Virus record (IMG/VR): IMGVR_UViG_3300050120_000126
Coordinates: 2,407-66,406 of that record
Length of the DNA stretch: 64,000 bases
Origin: a virus
Reading direction: 5' to 3' (one strand)
In this document: positions 57,289 to 64,000 of the stretch, in pieces
Position numbering within the stretch: position 1 is the stretch's first letter
Layout: every line of letters starts with the position of its first letter
The notes under the pieces: generated by a model
The model's input: the letters and a program-made list of their open reading frames with translations, nothing else
Told to the model about the DNA's origin: nothing
The model's database searches: none
Program-made: the position numbers and the translations under genes

Positions 57289-58071
57289 TTAGAACGTTTT
57301 TCCGGCCATGCACATCTTTAATGTGAAATCATGGAATTCGCCTGCATTATGACCGTATAGCCCTTCCCCATAGAATGCCGCTCCGACGGTCCGCAACAAT
57401 ATCGTTTCCGTACCCTCGGAGCCTTTATAGGACTGGCCGTCTGGCCCGTAGGCTTGCGATGAGGCCCAGTCGCTTACATATTGGAAGGATCGGCCAGTTT
57501 CTTTTAAATTAAAAATAATGAAAGCGTTCGACGCATACGAGCTGCATGCCATTGTCCGCAGGCCGACTTCATGATTTTCGTCCTGCTTTGCTTGGATTTC
57601 ATTCTGCTTCGCCTCTTCACGTTTTAGCCGATCGCTCGAATACCAGGTGATTTTGAGAGGAATCGTCGGTTCTTTATTATCGAGAAGAACACTTAAAACA
57701 TTCTTTTGCCCCGGATCGCGCAGCTCTAAGCGAACTGCACCTACATCATTTTCGCCATTGGCAAAGCTAAATTTTCCGTAGCAATTTAGCGCGGCGCCGA
57801 GACCAGTATCTATGACCTCGCCATCAACGGAAACAGCGTCATAGGCAGCGTTTTTGAAATAGATTTCAGCGGTCGATATAGGAGAAGTAGGGCCATTTGG
57901 TTCGCCGACCATTGAATTTAAGGTATTGATCAATTTGCCGTTTAATTCTGGCCGAGAACACGCGCTTATCGATTTTGGCGTGAGCGGGTTAGTCGCATCA
58001 AATTGTTGGCTTGGCCCGACGCATCCGCTCAACATAAAAATTGGCAGGGAAAATAGAATCAAGAATCTCAT
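57289..58071 (-). CDS. Lipoprotein moron (possible exclusion function)
   Basis: LSGC lipobox; downstream of cI. Confidence 0.7.
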   Translation of the reverse strand: MRFLILFSLPIFMLSGCVGPSQQFDATNPLTPKSISACSRPELNGKLINTLNSMVGEPNGPTSPISTAEIYFKNAAYDAVSVDGEVIDTGLGAALNCYGKFSFANGENDVGAVRLELRDPGQKNVLSVLLDNKEPTIPLKITWYSSDRLKREEAKQNEIQAKQDENHEVGLRTMACSSYASNAFIIFNLKETGRSFQYVSDWASSQAYGPDGQSYKGSEGTETILLRTVGAAFYGEGLYGHNAGEFHDFTLKMCMAGKTF

Positions 58072-58075
58072 TTAA

Positions 58076-58309
58076 TCATTTATCCAGGATCTGTTTTACT
58101 AGTTGCTTAATTTCTCTGCCGTTCTTGACCAGTTCATCCAATGTTTGATTGACCGGCGTTGCATATAGGCGGTCGATAATCTCTGCATTCATTGATCGCC
58201 CGTTGCGTTCGGCCGCATCTTTAATTGTTGCATGTAGGTCTGGCGGTAGTCGCACGGCCGTGTGAATGAACTCAGCTTGTATGGTTTTTTTCGATGGCGG
58301 TTTCTGCAT
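58076..58309 (-). CDS. Arc-family ribbon-helix-helix regulator
   Basis: VRLPPDLH..IK.AA..NGRSMNAEII.RL. Confidence 0.85.
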   Translation of the reverse strand: MQKPPSKKTIQAEFIHTAVRLPPDLHATIKDAAERNGRSMNAEIIDRLYATPVNQTLDELVKNGREIKQLVKQILDK

Positions 58310-58809
58310 CGCGCGATCTTTTCGCAGATAAACCGCTAGGTGTTGTTTTTACTACTAATATGGGACCACGATATGAAAACATTTTACTCATAATTTTGCA
58401 TCGCAATATTTATTGTCCTACCGAATGAATTGCCATAACAAAACATCTGACAAAATCTTGCATCAGAAGTGATGCCAAAAAGGCATCTTATTTGCCCTAT
58501 AGGCACAAGAGGCCGACGCGCATAGTTGAATCAAAGGGAGCACTAAAAATATTAAATGCCCCAACGTTGTGCGCTCCAGTTTGTAGGAATATACTGGGGT
58601 TATAAACAGTGCTTTTGTTCCCCGCGGCCTTCGTCCAGAACCACAAAAGCGACTATCGCCTATGCTTCGTGGAGTACTGAATGCTGCTCGTAGAACAACA
58701 GGAAATAGAGTTAATTCATGCGTTACGCGGTATGCACCCAGAAGATCAGATTCTTCTATTGCTACATGCCAAAACCAGAGCAATTGCTTATTTTAAGGAA
58801 CGGCCTAAG

Positions 58810-59232
58810 TTACAACTCGTCAGCATCACGTCTAATCCATCGCAAGGCTCCACGCTTAGCAGCGCCACGAGCAAAATCTAATATGTTGGCGCGTCCACGC
58901 TTGTCCGATTGCTGCATCAGGGCTATTACTTCAATTATTTCATCTGCTGTAACAGCATCGAGGCTTCCCGATTCATTCGAGTCAACGATAGTCAAATTCA
59001 ATTCCGCTAACTGGTATTGACTAGGGTCTGTCACGGAAAGGTCAAGAGAAGTTAGCGCAGCCAGGTCGACGCCAAAAAATTTGGCCAACTTCGGCGCAAA
59101 TTTCGAGACTTTCGATTTTCTCTTTTCCAGCATAAAAATGTTTTGGCCGTCTGTTCCGACGGCAGTGCCGACCGCGTCATAAGTCAATGACCGTGCTTCG
59201 CGCAAAAATTTAACGTTCTCTCCGAGTCCCAT
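58810..59232 (-). CDS. CI-like repressor (Xre HTH, no S24 domain)
   Basis: LGENVKFLREARSLT...LAKFFGV HTH; divergent from cro; about 140 aa. Confidence 0.8.
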   Translation of the reverse strand: MGLGENVKFLREARSLTYDAVGTAVGTDGQNIFMLEKRKSKVSKFAPKLAKFFGVDLAALTSLDLSVTDPSQYQLAELNLTIVDSNESGSLDAVTADEIIEVIALMQQSDKRGRANILDFARGAAKRGALRWIRRDADEL

Positions 59233-59243
59233 TCGCGGACTGT

Positions 59244-59305
59244 ATAAACATCTGTGTATTTTGTCCATAAACAGTAGTTGACTTAAATAAACAGGTGTTT
59301 ATAAT
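59244..59305 (+). promoter_or_regulatory. PR promoter and three OR operators
   Basis: TTGACT-16-TATAAT; sites ATAAACATCTGTGTAT, ATAAACAGTAGTTGAC, ATAAACAGGTGTTTAT share the OL consensus. Confidence 0.85.
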
Positions 59306-59312
59306 CGAGGGC

Positions 59313-59576
59313 ATGAACCCTCTTACTAAAGCAATCGACACCTGCGGCGCAGGGCAAGCTGGCTTCGCCAGGCTGATCAATGAATCCCTTGGGCTTTCTG
59401 GCTCGGACGCCATCACGCCACAGCAAGTCTGGAATTGGCTTAATCGAGGCGACGAAATTCCTGCTCAGTATTGCCCGGCAATCGAAAAACTTTGCAGTGG
59501 GAGCGTTTCTCGAAAAGATTTGCGCCCAGAAGACTGGCAAAAGATTTGGCCTGAACTCGCATCTGCAACGACTTAA
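59313..59576 (+). CDS. Cro-like (YdaS-family) regulator
   Basis: QQVWNW, CPAIE, V.R.DLRP.DW..IWPEL. Confidence 0.85.
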   Translation: MNPLTKAIDTCGAGQAGFARLINESLGLSGSDAITPQQVWNWLNRGDEIPAQYCPAIEKLCSGSVSRKDLRPEDWQKIWPELASATT

Positions 59577-59650
59577 ATTTAATTTCAACGCATGAGTTTT
59601 CATGCGTTTTATTTTGCCCAATAACCGACCTTCAACCATAGTCAATTCAC

Positions 59651-60073
59651 ATGAGTGTCCTTGAATCTACTCTTGATCTGCGCGTAAAGCGCCCACTGAA
59701 AAGCCATTCTCCGCGCGATTGGGAGCATTGGACAAGTGAGGCAAAAGTCATTGCCGACACGCTCAAGAATAGTGGGCTGCAAGACAAGACTGTTGCAATC
59801 GAGATCGATGTTGATTCGGCGATTCTTTCAAAGGCGCAGTCTGGCACGGCGCGCCTTTCTGAAAAGCATATGGATGCCCTGATGGATGCCTGCGGCAGCG
59901 AAGCATGGCTTCAATACTGGTTACTCAAGCGTGGCTATGACCCTCGATTCCTGCATCGCATTGAAACCGACCTGCAGCGCGAGAACCGCGAATTGCGGGA
60001 GCGCCTGGAAGAAATCGAATCCGAGCGCGAAATCGAATTGCGCCTAATTTCCAAAATCCGGATGACCGCATGA
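59651..60073 (+). CDS. CII-position HTH regulator
   Basis: HTH-like segment; follows cro. Confidence 0.55.
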   Translation: MSVLESTLDLRVKRPLKSHSPRDWEHWTSEAKVIADTLKNSGLQDKTVAIEIDVDSAILSKAQSGTARLSEKHMDALMDACGSEAWLQYWLLKRGYDPRFLHRIETDLQRENRELRERLEEIESEREIELRLISKIRMTA

Positions 60074-60364
60074 TTACCGCAGATCCATCCAGCACCGCAA
60101 TGTTTCGCCAAGCGACGGCGAATTCAATTCCGTTTGTCCACGTGCGCAAGCTGTGCGGCTGCGGACGGCAGGTGACTGCTCGCCAACTTTCGCAGCATGG
60201 TAAATGCCCGGTCTGCGTGGGCGATGAAAAGGTGGCGGCATGAGTACCCGCGAAAAATTACTGATGACCGCGCTTCTGCTGCTGATCTGCGGCGCCGGCT
60301 GGTGCATCTGCGAAGCCATCTATTACACATTCGTCTTTATTTTCAACCACGTGAGGGTGCATTA

Positions 60365-60688
60365 ATGAACGCAATCCAAACAGGTTTTCAATTAAAAGAG
60401 CAGGGCATGTCGCAAGCCTTAGCACACGCCGAGGAAATTGACCCGTCATGGAGCGAGAAGGCATACCGGTTTATTTGTGCTTTTGCGAATGATGGCAGCG
60501 AGTTTCGCGCCGAACAAGTTCGCGCCTATGCTGAAGCACGCGGATTTCCGCCGGCGCCGTCCGCGCGCGCCTGGGGATCGATTATTGCCAAGGCGGCGTG
60601 CGCCGGCATCATAAAACGTGCTGGTTTCACCGCTTGCGACAACGCCAAGGCACATGCATGCAATGTGTCGATTTGGATAGGCGCATGA
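60365..60688 (+). CDS. Hypothetical phage protein
   Basis: P.S.RAWG motif; coupled to the next gene. Confidence 0.6.
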   Translation: MNAIQTGFQLKEQGMSQALAHAEEIDPSWSEKAYRFICAFANDGSEFRAEQVRAYAEARGFPPAPSARAWGSIIAKAACAGIIKRAGFTACDNAKAHACNVSIWIGA

Positions 60689-61146
60689 CTGAGATCGTGC
60701 TTACCAAAGCCGCAAACGGCGTCTTGCTGCCTGCTGACCAGCAGAGCGCTGAATGTATCGCCAAGATGAAACTTGGTGCCGGCATCAAGATGAAATTCAC
60801 GAAACACAACAACGTGAAGTTTCACCGGAAGATGTTCGCGCTTGCCAATTTGGCTTATGAAGCGTGGGAGCCGTTGGAAACGACATATAAAAATGAAATC
60901 GTTGCCAAGAACTTCGATCAATTCCGCGAAGACATCACGATCCTCGCTGGCTTCTATGAAAGTCGTGTACGCCTGAACGGTGAAATCCGCATCATCGCCA
61001 AAAGTTGGGCATTTGAGTCGATGGACGATATCGAGAAGGACAGACTCTACAACTCGATCATTAACGTCGTGCTGTCGCGCATTCTCACAAAGTACACCCG
61101 CGCCGATCTGGATGCTGTTGTTGAATCCGTGCTGAGGTTTGCATGA
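60685..61146 (+). CDS. DUF1367/NinB-like protein
   Basis: N.KFHRKMFAL, FR..ITI.AGFY, KS.AF.SMD. Confidence 0.75.
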   Translation: MTEIVLTKAANGVLLPADQQSAECIAKMKLGAGIKMKFTKHNNVKFHRKMFALANLAYEAWEPLETTYKNEIVAKNFDQFREDITILAGFYESRVRLNGEIRIIAKSWAFESMDDIEKDRLYNSIINVVLSRILTKYTRADLDAVVESVLRFA

Positions 61147-62003
61147 CCGACATCAAGCGGCCAGCCATTCGATACCACGGTGGAAAGTGGAAATTATCTC
61201 CTTGGCTGATCTCTCACTTTCCTCAGCATCGCACCTATGTTGAGCCATTTGGGGGGGGCGCGTCCGTGTTACTCCGTAAACCACGTTCATATGCCGAGAT
61301 ATATAACGACCTCGATGGCGAAGTCGTAAATCTCTTCCGTGTACTGCGGGATCGCGGCGAGGAGTTGCGAGCTGCTTGCTGGGCGACACCATTTAGCCGA
61401 GAGGAATTCAAGGCTGCATTTTTCGAATCCACGGATCCATTGGAACAAGCTCGGCGCACCGTAGTGCGGTCATTTTTTGGGTTCGGCAGCGCATCGGTTA
61501 CCGAATATAAACACAACACCACGATCGGCCGGCCAACAACTGGATTCCGTGCGAACAGCAACCGATCAGGTACTACGCCAGCACATGATTGGGCAAATTA
61601 TCCCGATTGTTTGCCCGAAATCATTGAGCGTCTGCGCGGTTGCGTTATTGAAAACCGCGATGCAACTGCCGTAATTCGGCATCACGATACCGCAGAGACG
61701 CTAACTTATTGCGACCCGCCTTACGTTGCAGAGACACGCGACGCGGGGAAAGACTATGCACATGAAATGACCGTCGATGATCATGCCACCCTGTCTGCGA
61801 CATTGCATGGCGTCGATGGAATGGTGGTTATGTCCGGCTATGCCTGCAACCTTTACGACAAAGAACTTTATGCTGACTGGCGCCGATTTGAAAAGCCGGC
61901 ATTTGCTGATGGTGCGCGGCCACGGGTAGAAGTAGTTTGGTTGAACCCCGCTTGCTGCGAAGCGCTGGATCGCGAAACATCGCAACAGAGGATGTTTGCA
62001 TGA
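61143..62003 (+). CDS. Dam-like (D12 class) N6-adenine methyltransferase
   Basis: RYHGGK, YVEPFGGGASV, YND, DPPY. Confidence 0.93.
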   Translation: MTDIKRPAIRYHGGKWKLSPWLISHFPQHRTYVEPFGGGASVLLRKPRSYAEIYNDLDGEVVNLFRVLRDRGEELRAACWATPFSREEFKAAFFESTDPLEQARRTVVRSFFGFGSASVTEYKHNTTIGRPTTGFRANSNRSGTTPAHDWANYPDCLPEIIERLRGCVIENRDATAVIRHHDTAETLTYCDPPYVAETRDAGKDYAHEMTVDDHATLSATLHGVDGMVVMSGYACNLYDKELYADWRRFEKPAFADGARPRVEVVWLNPACCEALDRETSQQRMFA

Positions 62004-62275
62004 CAAACCATACCCTGGCCGCCATCGGCGAACTGGCCATCCAGTTGCAAATAAAAATAGATGCGAAGAACGCAGCACGTCGATTGCGTCGTGAACTGCT
62101 TCTAGCGTATTCAAGAGAGGAAGGCGATTACTACGAATTGTCTCCATCATTTTGCACAAACCGCGAGCCAGCAATTGACGCTGCCCATGCCGCATGCAAG
62201 GTGGCAGTGAGCGAATCGACCGCTGCGCGCTGCCGGCTGCGTCGCGCTGTGCGCAAATTCATGGCGGCCGCATGA
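62000..62275 (+). CDS. Hypothetical protein
   Basis: ATGA-coupled ORF. Confidence 0.5.
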   Translation: MTNHTLAAIGELAIQLQIKIDAKNAARRLRRELLLAYSREEGDYYELSPSFCTNREPAIDAAHAACKVAVSESTAARCRLRRAVRKFMAAA

Positions 62276-62610
62276 TTTCCCATATAAACGATCAATGGCT
62301 GGATGCCTTGAAGATCGGAGATATTGTCTACGAAGGCGGCAATCCGGCCCGCGCTCGCGTGGTGCGAGAGGTAACGATGGGGAAAAAAGGCCTGCTTCGG
62401 TGCGTTACCTTTTCCATTCGCCGCAGATCTTGGACCGGCCGATGCTTCACGATCGTTACACGTACGGATCTGAAAACGCGATGCTTCACGCCCGCGCGCG
62501 CAAGGGTTAAGTCGTTCACGCTGCTCGATAAGATGATCGCGCACGACATTCTCTATTGGGATAAGAGCAAACAGCGAGTCAGACCTGCTGATGTGCGAGG
62601 TATCGCATGA
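62272..62610 (+). CDS. Hypothetical protein
   Basis: ATGA-coupled ORF. Confidence 0.5.
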   Translation: MISHINDQWLDALKIGDIVYEGGNPARARVVREVTMGKKGLLRCVTFSIRRRSWTGRCFTIVTRTDLKTRCFTPARARVKSFTLLDKMIAHDILYWDKSKQRVRPADVRGIA

Positions 62611-63068
62611 ACATGGTCGTGCAACCATTCCTTACGACAGACTCGCCTTGGGTCGAAGTGCGCGACGGAAATCAGACTGCCAGGTCAATCTTCGACCGTC
62701 ATTATTCTCGGCACCATTACAAAGACGGCCGCGATCAGTCGCGCTTCGTCGGCCCTGGCCAGCGCATGGTGCTGTTGACGCCTTGCGTTCGCGCTTTGCT
62801 CGTCTGGCGCAAGTTCATCAGCCTCGATCATCAGGAAGGCGTGAACTGCGCAATTTTCAGAAATGAAGGCGCCGGCCAGTCCAGCACATTGCTGCGTTCT
62901 GCCATGGCAGCAGCTTGGAGGCGTTGGCCAGGAGAGCGGCTTTATACATACGTCAATCCGCGCGCAGTGAAGAGCGCGAACCCAGGCTACTGTTTCAAAG
63001 TTGCCGGCTGGTCGCTGTGTGGGATTACCAAAATGAAGAAATTGCTTATTTTGGAGATTCGGCCATGA
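62607..63068 (+). CDS. GNAT-like protein, possibly Mom-related
   Basis: RHYS N-terminal motif; LYTYVNP...NPGYCFKVAGW..CG. Confidence 0.45.
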   Translation: MNMVVQPFLTTDSPWVEVRDGNQTARSIFDRHYSRHHYKDGRDQSRFVGPGQRMVLLTPCVRALLVWRKFISLDHQEGVNCAIFRNEGAGQSSTLLRSAMAAAWRRWPGERLYTYVNPRAVKSANPGYCFKVAGWSLCGITKMKKLLILEIRP

Positions 63069-63535
63069 AGCGTTCAGCCATGCCCCAATCAATCAAACCG
63101 ATGAAACGCGGCGGTTTTGCTGCGCCAAAAAAATTTATTTCGGTTTGTAAGACGATTCCGGCACGTCGTGAGGATTCTCTGTCGGCATCGTCGGTTATGT
63201 CTGTCAAGCAACGTAAGCCGATGAAGTCGAAGCGCAAATACATCCCGCCGGCTGAACTTGCACATTACCGTGCCGTTGCTGCACTTCCATGCGCTTGCTG
63301 CGGGATTGTAGGGTACTCACAGGCCGCACATTCAAACCGATCCGAAGACGGCAAAGGCTTGGGCCTTAAAGCGAACTACCGCGCCACGTTCCCGCTGTGC
63401 TGTGCGCGGCCGGGCGAGGTCGGATGCCATATCCGTCACGATCAATTAATTGGTATGACGCGTGAGCAGGCCGATCTTCGCACGATCGATTACATCGCCA
63501 ACACATTATTCCAATTGGGGCTTCGCCATGACTAA
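63065..63535 (+). CDS. Zn-binding HNH-like nuclease (DUF968/Ref-like)
   Basis: LPCACCG..SQAAH, GKGLGLK, PLC, CH..HD. Confidence 0.65.
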   Translation: MKRSAMPQSIKPMKRGGFAAPKKFISVCKTIPARREDSLSASSVMSVKQRKPMKSKRKYIPPAELAHYRAVAALPCACCGIVGYSQAAHSNRSEDGKGLGLKANYRATFPLCCARPGEVGCHIRHDQLIGMTREQADLRTIDYIANTLFQLGLRHD

Positions 63536-63869
63536 GCGGCCGGCGGCGAAATCCGAACTGGAAGAAACATTTGCCCTGCACTGCAAGGTCGACAAGATCA
63601 GCGTCGAGCGAGAGTTCAAGTTTCATCCGGATCGCGCCTGGCGCTTTGATTTCGCTATTCCCTCCAGGAAGATCGCCATCGAATGCGAGGGCGGTATCTG
63701 GAATGGCGGCGCGCACACGCGCGGAAAGCATTTTCTGTCCGACATGCAAAAGTACAACGAAGCGGCAAAACTCGGCTGGTTCATTTTCCGGTTCGATATC
63801 GATGCGATAAAAAGCGGCCGTGCAATCCAATTCATGTTGTCTGTTTTAGCAATTAATAAGGTGCAGTAA
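63528..63869 (+). CDS. PD-(D/E)XK endonuclease (putative resolvase)
   Basis: REFKFHPDR.WRFDFA...IAIECEGG.W, KYN.A..LGW. Confidence 0.75.
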   Translation: MTKRPAAKSELEETFALHCKVDKISVEREFKFHPDRAWRFDFAIPSRKIAIECEGGIWNGGAHTRGKHFLSDMQKYNEAAKLGWFIFRFDIDAIKSGRAIQFMLSVLAINKVQ

Positions 63870-64000
63870 TGCGTGATTACGGCAAGGTCTATACGGCATT
63901 CTGGACAAGCGAAGATGTCCGCGCCTTGAGTGAGGATGGTCGCACTCTGGCTTTGTATTTATTGACATGCCCGCATGGAAACATGATCGGGTGTTTCCGT
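63869..64000 (+). CDS. Phage replication initiator, N-terminal part (runs off the window)
   Basis: MRDYGKVYTAFWTSEDVRALSEDGRTLALYLLTCPHGNMIGCFR. Confidence 0.7.
   Translation, partial: MRDYGKVYTAFWTSEDVRALSEDGRTLALYLLTCPHGNMIGCFR

Overview
The window is almost all of a temperate, lambdoid-type phage with a contractile-tail (myovirus-like) virion module; the host is probably a Betaproteobacterium (inferred from SSB and protein style). Gene order: end of the rightward early operon (1-2.6 kb), late-control region with an atypical tRNA(CAT) and hicAB, head/tail/baseplate/fibre genes (4-31.5 kb), lysis and morons (31.5-35.4 kb), an apparently intact attP and integrase/xis, a long leftward early operon (37-54.8 kb), an immunity region with morons, cI/cro and operators, then the rightward operon up to the start of the replication initiator. 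The standout is a complete diversity-generating retroelement (DGR). It comprises an RT (45569-46867), a 114-bp template repeat (46726-46839), an accessory gene that looks like a MutS-domain-I/Avd fusion (46864-47736), and three dispersed variable repeats (764-877, 47826-47939, 53318-53431). Of 58 TR-VR mismatches counted by hand, 56 are at TR adenines. All three targets are CLec/FGE-fold paralogues without obvious signal peptides, located in early operons rather than the tail module. This suggests hypervariable intracellular binding proteins instead of classical tropism switching. All product calls come from motif recognition and synteny; no database search was run.
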